A DNA stretch of 64,000 bases from IMG/VR virus record IMGVR_UViG_3300035698_010625, positions 1-64,000 of that record. One strand, 5' to 3'. Below, one piece after another: positions 21,263 through 32,203 of the stretch (positions within the stretch are counted from its first letter, which is position 1; each line of letters begins with the position of its first letter). The notes under the pieces were generated by a model. It had not been told where the DNA came from. It did not search any database and saw only the letters and a program-made list of their open reading frames with translations. Source of the DNA: a virus. The position numbers were made by a program, and so were the translations under genes.

Positions 21263-21544
21263 ATGATTATGTCGACAAGAGATGCACTAGTTGCACTATT
21301 CAATGGCGAGAGCCACCAGTTCCGAACAATTATCGAAGATGAATTGCAGTCACGTTCAATGGAAGCAATTGAAGCAGATCGTTTTTCATTAGGCGCTAAC
21401 CTTTTTGCAGAAGGTTGTGACGATGAAGAGTCAGAAGATGACTACGGTAAAAAGAAGAAGAAAGAATCTGATTACGAAGAAGATGACGAATCTAGCGAAG
21501 ATGATTCTGATGAAGACGAGTATGAGGACGAGGAGGACGACTAA
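21263..21544 (+). CDS. prohead core protein (gp67-like)
   Basis: Small, highly acidic C-terminus; position between gp20 and gp21. Confidence 0.65.
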   Translation: MIMSTRDALVALFNGESHQFRTIIEDELQSRSMEAIEADRFSLGANLFAEGCDDEESEDDYGKKKKKESDYEEDDESSEDDSDEDEYEDEEDD

Positions 21545-21963
21545 TGAATTCTCTCCAATTAATGACAATCCTTAAAGAAGCGACGGATTACGATCCTAAG
21601 TATAAAAAGAAGTATGATGATGAAAAAGGACCACCTGTTACGTCTAAGGGCGATGAGGATTTTCGCGCTATCCACAAAGTTGAAACTACTAGCGAAGACG
21701 ATTTCGATGCCGCAAGTGGCGGAAAGACTAAGAAGCAATCACGTAAAAAGTTCGAAGGTGGAAGCCCAGACGAAAAGTTAAACGCTGTAAAAGATACTTC
21801 TGGTAAAATGCCTGGACCACGTGCTGGTAAAAGACCTACAGATAGTAACCAAGGCGATTGGAAAACTCCTACAGTTAAAGAGAATACTACACCTGGTATT
21901 AGTGAATCTACTTCTCTCACTTCATTAAAGAGCGCTCTAAGTTCTATGAGTAAAAGAGGCTAA
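21544..21963 (+). CDS. hypothetical charged prohead-region protein
   Basis: Coupled; in head assembly operon. Confidence 0.5.
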   Translation: MNSLQLMTILKEATDYDPKYKKKYDDEKGPPVTSKGDEDFRAIHKVETTSEDDFDAASGGKTKKQSRKKFEGGSPDEKLNAVKDTSGKMPGPRAGKRPTDSNQGDWKTPTVKENTTPGISESTSLTSLKSALSSMSKRG

Positions 21964-21966
21964 ATC

Positions 21967-22338
21967 ATGGCACAACAATTTACATTTAATCAAAATCACG
22001 GCAGCCGAGGAACTAGTGTTGTTGTAGTTCGTGCTACATCAAACGGCCATATTCGAATGAACGATACACTCAATGGCGCTAACGTTATTGGTGAAACTGT
22101 TGTTGATATGACTATTGCTGATATTGCTTGGTCTACGCCTTCTGGTGTATACTGGTCTGTTAAACGCGGCGATCACGAAATGTGGCGCGCCCATGGTAAT
22201 GGACATCTGAATTGTGCAGATAATCAAATGCGTTTAGAATCAAATTCTATGCATATGACTTCCAATTGTGTATTTGAATTATCAGGATCTGGTAACGCTA
22301 GTATCTTGATTAAACTTCACAAACGTTCAGGAGCATAA
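21967..22338 (+). CDS. small head-region protein
   Basis: Directly upstream of gp21. Confidence 0.5.
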   Translation: MAQQFTFNQNHGSRGTSVVVVRATSNGHIRMNDTLNGANVIGETVVDMTIADIAWSTPSGVYWSVKRGDHEMWRAHGNGHLNCADNQMRLESNSMHMTSNCVFELSGSGNASILIKLHKRSGA

Positions 22339-22339
22339 T

Positions 22340-22987
22340 ATGAAACTGATTACCGAAGTACGTTTTACTGATGTCGAAACATTTTCGGAGTCAGTTAAAA
22401 GTGGTGGAAAGAATTACTATATTGAAGGTGTGTTCATGCAGGGCGATATTAAGAATCGCAATGGCAGATCATATCCAATGGGTATTCTTGAAAGAGAAGT
22501 TAACAAAATTAATGAATCTCAAATTCAACATAATGCTGGATATGGAGAACTTGGTCACCCAGACGGTCCAACCATTAACCTTGAGAGAGTGTCGCATTTA
22601 ACACAATCACTTGTTAAAGAAGGTAATAACTTCATCGGTAAAGCAAAAATTATTGCTACGCCTTATGGAGAAATTGCTAAGACATTTGTCGACGAAGGTT
22701 CTAGACTTGGTGTATCATCACGTGGTATGGGTTCACTGCGTGATAGAGATGGAGCTAGTGAAGTTCAAGAAGATTTCACATTAGCAACACCAGCAGATAT
22801 CGTTTCTGATCCTTCTGCTCCAGATGCCTTCGTTAAAGGTATTATGGAAGGTAGAGAGTTCTATTATGATTCTGATCGCAAGACTTGGATTTCAGAAGAA
22901 ATCAAACACCAAATCAATGGAATGAGCAAGAGCAAACTTCAAGAAACTAAACTTGCTCTATTTCATAGGTTCTTACGTAACCTGTAA
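22340..22987 (+). CDS. gp21: prohead core protease (gp21-like)
   Basis: MKLITE, GELGHP, GVSSRGMGSL, DIVSDPSAPDAF. Confidence 0.96.
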   Translation: MKLITEVRFTDVETFSESVKSGGKNYYIEGVFMQGDIKNRNGRSYPMGILEREVNKINESQIQHNAGYGELGHPDGPTINLERVSHLTQSLVKEGNNFIGKAKIIATPYGEIAKTFVDEGSRLGVSSRGMGSLRDRDGASEVQEDFTLATPADIVSDPSAPDAFVKGIMEGREFYYDSDRKTWISEEIKHQINGMSKSKLQETKLALFHRFLRNL

Positions 22988-22998
22988 GAACACATTCT

Positions 22999-23006
22999 TA
23001 TAAATA
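22999..23006 (+). promoter_or_regulatory. T4-type late promoter
   Basis: TATAAATA upstream of gp22. Confidence 0.85.
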
Positions 23007-23052
23007 CTTTTATAGTTACAAACTAAATATTTCCTAAGAGGGAGAAGCGGTT

Positions 23053-24207
23053 ATGCCAGACAAAAATATCATTGACGAGCTTGAGGAAGAAATTGCAGCA
23101 GAGTTAGATGATGACGATAATGAGCTCGAAGATAAAACACCTCGGCGTAAGCGTAAGAAGGCTTCTGCTGAAGATTCGGATGATCTAGGAGAAGGTAAAG
23201 CATCTATGGGTGATCCATCTGAAGATGCTACTATTATTGCTATGTCCGATAAAAAGAACAAAGCTTCAATTAAGATGAAGGGTAAGGCTACTGCAGCTAA
23301 ACTCAAGGGCGTTGAAACCCGTGGTGGAAAGATGGAAAGCAAGTTTGCTATCATCAACAACATCATTTCTGAAATGCAGGGAATGGATAAAAGTGAAATC
23401 GCTGCCGTTTACTCTAACATGTTCGAAGGAGCAGGAGTAGAAGGTTCTGAAGACGAAGTTGATTTCTCAGTAGAAATTGATGGCTTGTTTGAAGGCGAAG
23501 AGTTAACAGAAGAATTCCGTGTAAAAGCATCCACAATTTTTGAAGCTGCAGTTGCTGCAAAGGCTAACGAACGAATTGAAGAATTCGTAGTAGAAGCTAA
23601 TGCAAATATTGAAGTTGAAAAAGAAGAAATGCTTGACCAGCTCACAGAGCAACTAGACACATATCTTGACTATGTTGTTGAACAGTGGAGCGACGAGAAC
23701 AAACTAGCAATTACATCTGGAATCAAATCAGAAGTTGTTGAATCTTTCCTTGGTGGCCTGAAAGAACTATTCGTAGAACATTACGTTGATATTCCAGAAG
23801 ACCAAGTAGATGCAGTTACTGCTCTCGGTGATAAGGTCGCATCTCTTGAAGAAGATCTAAACAGTCTTACTTCAGAAAACGTACATCTTCGCGAATCTGT
23901 TAAAGGTTTCGAAAAGACTGCTGTGCTAGAAGAAGTTGGTGAAGATCTTTCTGACTCCGATTTCGAAAAGCTAAGAGTGTTTGCAGAATCTGTAGATGCT
24001 GGATCAGCTGGTGATTACCGCAAGAAGTTGGTTACTATTAGTGAGCACTACTTCGATGTTAATCCTAACAAGAAGACTCTAAGCGAAAGCAAGAAGACTC
24101 TTAACGAAGACGTAAATCCTTACACTCAATTAGATGAAGACGCTAATAAAGCTCGTTCTGCAAATAGAGTTAAAGGTGTAGCGGAAGCTATCTCAAGAAT
24201 CGTATAA
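23053..24207 (+). CDS. gp22: prohead scaffold protein (gp22-like)
   Basis: EEFRVKASTIFEAAV, LDTYLDYVVEQW, LKELFVEHY. Confidence 0.93.
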   Translation: MPDKNIIDELEEEIAAELDDDDNELEDKTPRRKRKKASAEDSDDLGEGKASMGDPSEDATIIAMSDKKNKASIKMKGKATAAKLKGVETRGGKMESKFAIINNIISEMQGMDKSEIAAVYSNMFEGAGVEGSEDEVDFSVEIDGLFEGEELTEEFRVKASTIFEAAVAAKANERIEEFVVEANANIEVEKEEMLDQLTEQLDTYLDYVVEQWSDENKLAITSGIKSEVVESFLGGLKELFVEHYVDIPEDQVDAVTALGDKVASLEEDLNSLTSENVHLRESVKGFEKTAVLEEVGEDLSDSDFEKLRVFAESVDAGSAGDYRKKLVTISEHYFDVNPNKKTLSESKKTLNEDVNPYTQLDEDANKARSANRVKGVAEAISRIV

Positions 24208-24229
24208 CATCACTTAAAATAAACTAACT

Positions 24230-24237
24230 TATAAATA
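24230..24237 (+). promoter_or_regulatory. T4-type late promoter
   Basis: TATAAATA upstream of gp23. Confidence 0.85.
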
Positions 24238-24278
24238 ACTTAAAATAAACCATATTAGGTTATCTAGGAGAACTCACA

Positions 24279-25700
24279 ATGGCACAACAATTTCAGGGTC
24301 TAACTGAAGCGATGAAAGCTCGTTGGGACGATGTAATCAATCATCCTGACCTTCCACCGATTACAGATCAGCACCGAAGAGAAGTAACAATTCGTCTACT
24401 GGAAAACCAGTTAGAAGATACGGCAAGTACGCCTGCACACATGCTACCAACATTGCTTGGTGAAGCAGCACCTTCAAACGCTGTCGTTGACGCGGCTGGT
24501 GGTGGTCAGATGGATACATACGATCCTGTCCTAATCGGCATGATTCGACGTTCCGCTCCTCAGATGATGGCTTATGATATCTGTGGTGTTCAGCCAATGT
24601 CCGGACCTTCTGGTCTTATCTTTGCAATGCGCTCACAGTACATTGTTGATGCTATTCCAGCTGGAACAGTACAGCCTGGCTCGACTGCTGCATCTCGTCA
24701 AGAAACTTTCTATAACGAAGTTGATACTAGATTCTCAGCTCTTGCTAACAACGTTATTGGTGGCGTTTATGACGTTACAGATAACTTCCCAGCATCTTCT
24801 AACCCAGCGCTAAACGATCCACATGATACTTCGGGTACATATGGTGTTCGTCAAGCAATGGCAACAGCTCTTGCTGAAGCACTTGGTGATACTACATCCA
24901 ATCCTTTCTCAGAAATGGGATTCAGTATTGAGAAGTTCACCGTATCTGTTAAGAGTCGTGCTCTTAAAGCTGAATACACAACAGAACTTGCACAGGATCT
25001 TAAAGCCGTTCACGGTTTGGATGCTGAAAAAGAACTTGCTAATATCCTTGCTACAGAAACTCTAGCAGAAGTTAACCGCGAAATTGTTCGTCTTATCAAC
25101 ATTATCGCTAAGACTGGTGCTCAAGAGAACGTAGCAACTGCAGGTACTTTCGATCTTGACTTAGACGCTAACGGCCGTTGGTCGGTAGAACGTTTCAAGG
25201 GCCTTATGTTCCAGCTAGAACGTGAAGCTAACAAGATTGCTAAGGATACAAGACGTGGTAAGGGTAACATCCTAATCTGTTCATCTGATGTAGCTTCGGC
25301 TCTTCGCATGGCTGGTGTACTGGATTATACTCCTGCTTTGAATAACGATCTTAAGGTTGACGATACTGGTAACACATTCGTTGGAGTACTTAACGGTCAG
25401 TTCAAGGTCTATGTTGATCCTTACTTCGCATCTGCTCAGGGTCTGCAGTACGCAAACGTTGGCTTCAAGGGAAGCAACAAGTACGACGCTGGTCTATTCT
25501 ACTGCCCATACGTTCCATTACAGATGGTTCGCTCAATCGGTGAACAGACATTCCAGCCAAAGATCGCTTTCAAGACTCGTTACGCAATTGCTGTCAATCC
25601 TTTCTCGAAAGGTGCTGCTGTTCTATCCAACCCGGATGCACGACCAGAAGCTGACGCAAACGTATACTACCGTCTGTTTGCTATCAAGAACCTTATGTAA
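24279..25700 (+). CDS. gp23: major capsid protein (gp23-like)
   Basis: DICGVQPMSGPSGLIFAMR, KSRALKAEYTTELAQDLKAVHGLDAE, FQPKIAFKTRY. Confidence 0.98.
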   Translation: MAQQFQGLTEAMKARWDDVINHPDLPPITDQHRREVTIRLLENQLEDTASTPAHMLPTLLGEAAPSNAVVDAAGGGQMDTYDPVLIGMIRRSAPQMMAYDICGVQPMSGPSGLIFAMRSQYIVDAIPAGTVQPGSTAASRQETFYNEVDTRFSALANNVIGGVYDVTDNFPASSNPALNDPHDTSGTYGVRQAMATALAEALGDTTSNPFSEMGFSIEKFTVSVKSRALKAEYTTELAQDLKAVHGLDAEKELANILATETLAEVNREIVRLINIIAKTGAQENVATAGTFDLDLDANGRWSVERFKGLMFQLEREANKIAKDTRRGKGNILICSSDVASALRMAGVLDYTPALNNDLKVDDTGNTFVGVLNGQFKVYVDPYFASAQGLQYANVGFKGSNKYDAGLFYCPYVPLQMVRSIGEQTFQPKIAFKTRYAIAVNPFSKGAAVLSNPDARPEADANVYYRLFAIKNLM

Positions 25701-25744
25701 AACTGGTTCGACAAAAATAAGAGCTTCTGTCAGGGGCCAATTTC

Positions 25745-25770
25745 AGGGGAGTCTTCGGGCTCCCTTTTTT
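25745..25770 (+). terminator. intrinsic terminator
   Basis: GGGAGTC-TTCG-GGCTCCC followed by TTTTTT after gp23. Confidence 0.9.
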
Positions 25771-25802
25771 GTGTGTATAGATACATAAAAGAGGAATCAG
25801 TA

Positions 25803-26291
25803 ATGCCAGTAAATCCAAGCCAAAATTTTCTTTCCGATAAAGGTTTCCGCTTTATACTTGAAAGAACTCCAAACGTACAATACTTTACTCAAGAGGTATC
25901 GTTACCATCGATAAGTTTGGGTGGTGTTGAATCTGTTATGCCTTTCCACAGACACCAACGGCATGGAAGTAAACTGACTTGGAGCCCACTAGTACTCAAT
26001 TTTGCTGTTGATGAAAATCTCATTAATTACAAAGAAATCCATAATTGGATGTTCGGATTAGCTCCAGCAACACCAAGTGAAAGTAATACAATTCTGAATG
26101 ATAAAGGTCCAGTTTCTGATGGCACATTATTCATCCTAAATTCAAATCATTCAGACGGCCTTCAAATTACTTTTGAAAACCTTTGGCCAACAGATTTATC
26201 AGAACTCAGTTTTTCATCAACAAGTGGTGACCTGCGATATCTGAAAGCAACGGTAACCTTTGAGTATATGCAATACACCTTTAAAGAGTGA
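25803..26291 (+). CDS. gp3: tail tube terminator/completion protein (gp3-like)
   Basis: NFLS..GFRF..PNVQYF.Q, VDENLINYKEIHNW, SDGTL; follows gp23. Confidence 0.85.
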   Translation: MPVNPSQNFLSDKGFRFILERTPNVQYFTQEVSLPSISLGGVESVMPFHRHQRHGSKLTWSPLVLNFAVDENLINYKEIHNWMFGLAPATPSESNTILNDKGPVSDGTLFILNSNHSDGLQITFENLWPTDLSELSFSSTSGDLRYLKATVTFEYMQYTFKE

Positions 26292-26375
26292 TTTAAACCT
26301 TTACAGAAAGGTAGAAGCATGGTATAATAATCTTGCTGCTTCTGCATATACTAGTAGTAACTAGAAGAGGTAGTA

Positions 26376-26819
26376 ATGACAATTGATGAAGTAATTGCAA
26401 TGTGGATTATAGATGCTCCACTGAATGAATTAGATCTACAACGTTCCATATACGATATCCCTAAAATGTTATCTAAGTATTTGAAACTACTTGCTAGATC
26501 ACGTAAACAAAGAATTCTGCTACAACGCAAAAGAAAACTACTCCAGATAAAACTAATGGAGTACTATTCCGGAGATTTGAATAATCCGAAGGATCTCGAA
26601 GAGATCAAAAGACAGCCATTTGAAAAGTCTATACTCAACTCTCAAATCAAAGATTATATCGAAGCAGACAAAGAGATGATAGATCTCAATCTGAGTAATG
26701 GATATAATAATGAGCTAATTGCCATTCTTGAAGACATAATGAAGTCTCTCCACAACAGAAATTTCTTAATCAAGAATTCAATCGATTACCAAAAATTCAT
26801 TTCTGGGTCGCAATACTAA
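26376..26819 (+). CDS. uvsY: recombination mediator UvsY
   Basis: IP..SKYL, EYYSG, RNFLIKNSIDYQKF; precedes uvsW. Confidence 0.85.
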   Translation: MTIDEVIAMWIIDAPLNELDLQRSIYDIPKMLSKYLKLLARSRKQRILLQRKRKLLQIKLMEYYSGDLNNPKDLEEIKRQPFEKSILNSQIKDYIEADKEMIDLNLSNGYNNELIAILEDIMKSLHNRNFLIKNSIDYQKFISGSQY

Positions 26820-26918
26820 GATATATACACTATAGGAAGGATTATGGAAGACAAACAATTAAACATTACAGAAGCATCTCAGTTAGTAAATTCAGATGTA
26901 GAATTTTTTGGATAAAAT

Positions 26919-28355
26919 ATGACGGATATAAGCATCAGAAAATATAATGAAGTTCACATGTATATTGACTGTGAACCTGGCATTGCTATGGAGCTTTCTG
27001 ATGCTTTTTCCTTTGAGATTGCTAATGCTAAGTTCAACCCAAAAGTGCGTAACGGTATCTGGGATGGAAGGATTCGTCTATTTAATCGAATGACTCATTT
27101 GATGTATATCGGCCTTCTAGATAGGGTTAAGACCTTTGCTCACGCTCGTGACTACACGTACGATGTAATGGGTGAACTTGCAAATGATATCAATTTTTCT
27201 TTATCGGATGCAGATGAGTTTGTTAAAAATCTCAAAGCACCTTTTGAAGCAAGACGGTATCAATTAGAATCTTTTGCTGAGTGTATACGCCGCGATAGAA
27301 GTTTGGTAGTATCACCAACAGGATCTGGTAAATCATTTATTATCTATACCGTCTTACAATATTACAGAAAGACATCATTAATCATTGTTCCAACTAGAGG
27401 TCTTCTCACCCAAATGGAGAAGGATCTATGTGATTATGGCATGGCACCATCTCATATTCAGATAGGACCATCTGATAAAATTACTAAGGGTGTTACTATA
27501 TGCACGTGGCAGTCTATCTACAAGAAAAAGAAAGATTGGTTCGCGCAATTTGATGTTGTTGTAGGTGATGAGGTTCATCTGTTTGCTGCTAAAAGTTTAG
27601 TAGGAATCATGGAGAAACTCGTACACTGTCAATATCGTTTTGGATTTACTGGAACACTGGGTGAAACAAAGACAAATGAACTAGTGCTTGCTGGATTATT
27701 TGGGCCAGTTAAACAGTTCGTGAAAACAAAAGATCTGATTAAAGAAAAGCATCTATCAGACTTCCGGATTCGCTGTTTGATCCTTGATCATAAGGATAAA
27801 CCAAAGGGTAAGATGGATTACCCAAATGAAATGGCGTATCTAGTAAGTAATGCAAAACGTAATGCGTTCATTGCTAAATTAGTCATGTCATTAGAAGGAA
27901 ACACACTAGTACTATTCCAATACGTAGAAAAACACGGTAAAATATTACATGACTTATTTGAAGAAAAAATCGCTCGTGATGGAACAGATAGAACTCTATC
28001 ATTTATACACGGAGGCGTCAAAGCAGAAGTTCGGGAAGACACTAGGAACAATATTGAGTCTGTTTCTAACGGTATCATTATTGCCTCTTATGGTACTTTC
28101 TCTACTGGTATTAATATTAGGAATCTCCATAACCTTGTGTTCGCTTCTCCTAGTAAGTCTCGCATACGAAACCTTCAAAGCATTGGGCGTGTACTCCGCA
28201 CCGGAGACAACAAATCCAAAGCCGTATTATACGACATCAGCGACAAAACTTCTAGAACAAAGAAACCCAACTACACATATCTCCACTTTCGAGAAAGAAT
28301 GAAAGCTTACGTCGAAGAAGAATTCGACTACAAAATATATAACATTAACCTTTAA
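26919..28355 (+). CDS. uvsW: UvsW SF2 DNA helicase
   Basis: WDGRIRLF, SPTGSGKS, DEVH, TGT, QSIGRVLR. Confidence 0.95.
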   Translation: MTDISIRKYNEVHMYIDCEPGIAMELSDAFSFEIANAKFNPKVRNGIWDGRIRLFNRMTHLMYIGLLDRVKTFAHARDYTYDVMGELANDINFSLSDADEFVKNLKAPFEARRYQLESFAECIRRDRSLVVSPTGSGKSFIIYTVLQYYRKTSLIIVPTRGLLTQMEKDLCDYGMAPSHIQIGPSDKITKGVTICTWQSIYKKKKDWFAQFDVVVGDEVHLFAAKSLVGIMEKLVHCQYRFGFTGTLGETKTNELVLAGLFGPVKQFVKTKDLIKEKHLSDFRIRCLILDHKDKPKGKMDYPNEMAYLVSNAKRNAFIAKLVMSLEGNTLVLFQYVEKHGKILHDLFEEKIARDGTDRTLSFIHGGVKAEVREDTRNNIESVSNGIIIASYGTFSTGINIRNLHNLVFASPSKSRIRNLQSIGRVLRTGDNKSKAVLYDISDKTSRTKKPNYTYLHFRERMKAYVEEEFDYKIYNINL

Positions 28356-28418
28356 AGAGATATGTGTTAACTGTTATACTGGAATAGTGTATAATTGATC
28401 TATAATAAAGGATAATCT

Positions 28419-28784
28419 ATGCACGTTTTTATGAAACTATTAACCGGAGAGGACGTAATCGGTACTGTCCACTCTCAATCAAACTCCGATACATCTGCGC
28501 CATCTCTTCTTGTTACAAACCCTTACGTTGTAAGCCTTGTTCGTGACAGTGAAGGGTATGAATGTAACGCTCATAAATGGATGCCGTTTGCAGAGAAGGT
28601 TCCAGATGAAATAGAAAGTTATTGGATTCCAAAGAAAATCATCATTGTTACAGCTAAAGCTGACCCTGATATCATCGATATGTATAAATCTTGGATTGAA
28701 GAAGATGATGACGAAACTGATGAAGAATTTCATGGGCGTATATTGGAATCCTTAGAACCCGAAGAAGAGGGTAATTTACACTAA
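28419..28784 (+). CDS. conserved T4-like hypothetical protein (Sm-like)
   Basis: KLLTGEDVIG, KWMPF; usual position before gp55. Confidence 0.6.
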   Translation: MHVFMKLLTGEDVIGTVHSQSNSDTSAPSLLVTNPYVVSLVRDSEGYECNAHKWMPFAEKVPDEIESYWIPKKIIIVTAKADPDIIDMYKSWIEEDDDETDEEFHGRILESLEPEEEGNLH

Positions 28785-29449
28785 TGGAAAAGAAAAAAAG
28801 AACAAGAGTCAAAAATAGAGATAAATCCAGAGATTATGTAGATAACGTTTTACTCTGCGAAGAAGTAGTAAAATTCCGAGATAGAGTTATTGCTGCTAAA
28901 GAATTAGGACACTATCTAGACGACGATCCAGAAGAAGAAAATCTCGTTTATGATCGCCCTAAAATTCCGGAATATATTGGCAAATCTATTATGGACATTG
29001 CCAAACGTAGATCAATGGAACGTGGATTCATTAATTATCCATATCGCGATGAAATGGTTTGTGACGGTATTGAAAACTGCTTACGGTATATTGACAATTT
29101 CAATCCAGCGGTTACTACAAACCCATTCGCATATTTTTCTCAAATCATTTACTTTGCCTTTATCAGAAGGATCTTAAAAGAAGAAAAGCAAAAGTATGTG
29201 AAATTCAAAGCTATGGTCGACACTTCTTGGGTTACACAATCTGAAGATGGTATTAGTACACACGCTAAAGCTGCACCTGATGATCATTCTATGGAATACA
29301 TCAACCAGTTTATCAAGAAATTTGAAGATTCAAAGCGTAAGCCTCTAAAGAAAAAGAAACCTAAGAAAGTAATCGATACATCAAATACTGTGTTTGACAG
29401 TGTAGTTAACGTACTAGAAACAACCTATGAAGATAGCACTAATAACTGA
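28784..29449 (+). CDS. gp55: late transcription sigma factor (gp55-like)
   Basis: YVDN, FINYPYRDEMVCDGIEN, NPFAYFSQIIYFAFIRRI. Confidence 0.95.
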   Translation: MEKKKRTRVKNRDKSRDYVDNVLLCEEVVKFRDRVIAAKELGHYLDDDPEEENLVYDRPKIPEYIGKSIMDIAKRRSMERGFINYPYRDEMVCDGIENCLRYIDNFNPAVTTNPFAYFSQIIYFAFIRRILKEEKQKYVKFKAMVDTSWVTQSEDGISTHAKAAPDDHSMEYINQFIKKFEDSKRKPLKKKKPKKVIDTSNTVFDSVVNVLETTYEDSTNN

Positions 29450-30503
29450 TACGCACTTTGGTGCGCGTAGTGATAGCCAAACCTTTATAAGAGCATTCGA
29501 TAGATTTTACAGTAACATCTTCTTTCCAACTCTTAAAGAACGCGACATTGATACAATCTTTCACTTGGGTGACATTGTAGATAAACGTAAACACATCAGT
29601 TATGTTACACTTAAATCCTTCCGAGAGCAGTTTGTTGATGTATGCGTAGACCAAAAGATTAACCTTCATGTAATCGTAGGTAATCATGACATCCCATATC
29701 GTAACACTAATTCTGTTAACGCGATGACTGAATTGTTTAGAGGTTATGGAACTGATTGGTTAAACTTTTATGCTGATCCAACTGAAGTTTCATTTGATGG
29801 TCTGGACATTGCTATAAGTCCGTGGATTAACAGTGAAAACTATCTTGATACTCTTGAATTTATAGCAAAGACTAATGCTGAAGTTTGCTTCGGACATTTT
29901 GATTTTAACGGATTTGAAATGCATCGTGGAATGGTGCAAGAAAACGGTATGGACACCACAGCTTTCCAGAAATTCGATATTGTTTATTCTGGTCATTTTC
30001 ATCATAAATCACAGAAGGGGAACATCACGTACCTCGGGAATCCTTACGAGTTAACATGGAGTGACTACGGAGATTCCCGCGGATTTCATATTTTTGATAC
30101 TAATACTCGTGAATTAGAATTCATTGAAAATCCTTACAGAATGTTCTATAAGGTAGTCTACAATGATTTAGATGCTGAATACAATGATGTAGTAAATCGC
30201 AACTTTGCTGGATTTAAAGACACATACGTTAAAGTTATAGTCCAAGAAAAAACTAATCCTTATTGGTTTGATTTGATGTTGGATAATCTATACGCTGCAA
30301 ATCCTTCTAACGTCACTATTGTTGATGATAATCGCAATATGGATAAGTTGTCTGAAACAGAAATCATTGATGAGGCAGAAGACACATTAACAATAATGAA
30401 TAAGTACGTGGATACTACAGTAAATAATGTAGATGTCACTAAACTTAAGAAATTGTTACATACTCTATATATTGATGCACAGTCGGTGGAAATCGTTGAA
30501 TGA
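29427..30503 (+). CDS. gp47: recombination endonuclease subunit (gp47, Mre11-like)
   Basis: ITDTHFG, HLGD, GNHD, SGHFH. Confidence 0.95.
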   Translation: MKIALITDTHFGARSDSQTFIRAFDRFYSNIFFPTLKERDIDTIFHLGDIVDKRKHISYVTLKSFREQFVDVCVDQKINLHVIVGNHDIPYRNTNSVNAMTELFRGYGTDWLNFYADPTEVSFDGLDIAISPWINSENYLDTLEFIAKTNAEVCFGHFDFNGFEMHRGMVQENGMDTTAFQKFDIVYSGHFHHKSQKGNITYLGNPYELTWSDYGDSRGFHIFDTNTRELEFIENPYRMFYKVVYNDLDAEYNDVVNRNFAGFKDTYVKVIVQEKTNPYWFDLMLDNLYAANPSNVTIVDDNRNMDKLSETEIIDEAEDTLTIMNKYVDTTVNNVDVTKLKKLLHTLYIDAQSVEIVE

Positions 30504-32203
30504 TACTCTTCAAAAAAATAAAGTACAAAAACTTCCTTTCTACAGGGAACAACTTTACTGAGATCCAGTTAAATAGAAGTCCAACAACTTTAATCGTTGG
30601 AGAAAATGGATCTGGTAAAAGTACTATGCTTGATGCATTGTGCTACGTTCTTTTTGGTAAACCATTTAGAAAAATCAACAAACCTCAACTGTTAAATAGT
30701 GTCAACAAGCGTAACTGCATTGTGGAAATTGATTTTGATATTGGCCCTAATAGTTACAAAATTACTAGAGGTATGAAGCCTGGCATATTTGAGATTCTAT
30801 ACAATGGTAAATTGATTGACCAAGATGCTGCTTCAAAGGATTACCAAGAACATCTAGAAAAGAACATTTTGAAATTGAATCACACTTCATTTACTCAAAT
30901 TGTTATCTTGGGTTCTTCTACTTTTATACCGTTTATGCAACTACGTGCACGGGATCGTCGTGAGATTATTGAAGACCTTCTAGATATTAAGATCTTCACG
31001 ATCATGAATACACTCCTTAAAGCAAAGGTTCAAAAGAACCGAGATGCTTTGAATGACTTGAAAACAAAATTGGATTTCGAACGTGAAAAATCTGCATTTG
31101 TTAAGAAGCAAATTGAAAGTATCCTCAATAAACAAGAAGAAAAGAAAGGCAAATTTGACGATCAAATAGCAGATGTTCAAGAACAGGTTACTCAATTAGA
31201 AGCATTACGATATACTGTTTTAGATCAACAGCAAGATCTTGCTATAGATAAAGTACCTTCTGTAGCAGCTGATATCGACCAGCGTTATAGAACAATGACG
31301 ATACATTCTAAGAGTATAAAGACACATCAAGAACTGAGTAATTTTTATATCGATAATCCAGTCTGTCCTACATGTACTCAAAATATTGATAAAGAACACC
31401 GTGATGAAAAACTCACTGCACATAAGACAGAAATATCTAACATTCAAGAAGAACTTCTTAGAATTCAAAAAGAAATTGAAATATTGGTAGCACAGGAAGA
31501 AGCATCTAAAAAACTAGAATCTGAATACCAACTCCTTGTATCGCGCGAAACTTCAATTCGTTTGGAAATCTTTAATCTTACTACGCGTATAACAATGCTG
31601 ACTGAGCAACATGCTAGTGTAGATAATAGTAGTGAAATCCACGAAGCACAAGCTAAGCTGAAAGAAATTAATGAGAAAGCGAAGAAACTCCAAAGCCTTC
31701 GTGAAAGGTCTATTATTCAGCGTGAAATGTTCGCAGCTGCTGGAATTCTATTAAAAGATAGTGGAATCAAAACTCAAATTGTTAAGCAATACATTCCAGT
31801 TATGAATAAGCTTATCAATAAATATTTGGCTCAAATGGAATTCTTTGTTAAATTTGAACTAGATGAAAACTTCAATGAATGTATCCGTTCTAGATTCCGT
31901 GATGACTTTAGTTACGCATCCTTCTCAGAAGGTGAAAAGTCCCGATTAGATTTAGCATTGATGTTAACATGGCGTGCTGTTGCAAAGATGAAAAACTCAG
32001 CACACACAAATCTCTTGATTCTCGATGAAGTATTCGATGGATCACTTGACATCGTTGGACTTGACACACTAATGGAAATCCTTGGTGAAATGTATGAGAC
32101 TAACATATTCGTAATTTCACATAAGGGTGAGCACTTACAAGACAAAATGCAATCTGTTGTGAAATTTGAGAAAGTTAAGAATTTTTCGAGGATGGTTACA
32201 TGA
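30500..32203 (+). CDS. gp46: recombination endonuclease ATPase subunit (gp46, Rad50-like)
   Basis: GENGSGKS, CPTC hook, FSEGEK, LILDE. Confidence 0.96.
   Translation: MILFKKIKYKNFLSTGNNFTEIQLNRSPTTLIVGENGSGKSTMLDALCYVLFGKPFRKINKPQLLNSVNKRNCIVEIDFDIGPNSYKITRGMKPGIFEILYNGKLIDQDAASKDYQEHLEKNILKLNHTSFTQIVILGSSTFIPFMQLRARDRREIIEDLLDIKIFTIMNTLLKAKVQKNRDALNDLKTKLDFEREKSAFVKKQIESILNKQEEKKGKFDDQIADVQEQVTQLEALRYTVLDQQQDLAIDKVPSVAADIDQRYRTMTIHSKSIKTHQELSNFYIDNPVCPTCTQNIDKEHRDEKLTAHKTEISNIQEELLRIQKEIEILVAQEEASKKLESEYQLLVSRETSIRLEIFNLTTRITMLTEQHASVDNSSEIHEAQAKLKEINEKAKKLQSLRERSIIQREMFAAAGILLKDSGIKTQIVKQYIPVMNKLINKYLAQMEFFVKFELDENFNECIRSRFRDDFSYASFSEGEKSRLDLALMLTWRAVAKMKNSAHTNLLILDEVFDGSLDIVGLDTLMEILGEMYETNIFVISHKGEHLQDKMQSVVKFEKVKNFSRMVT

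Noticed and set aside
8290-28355. Introns or inteins in gp17, gp20, gp23, uvsW
   Set aside because: Uninterrupted frames of ordinary length; no intein or group I signatures seen
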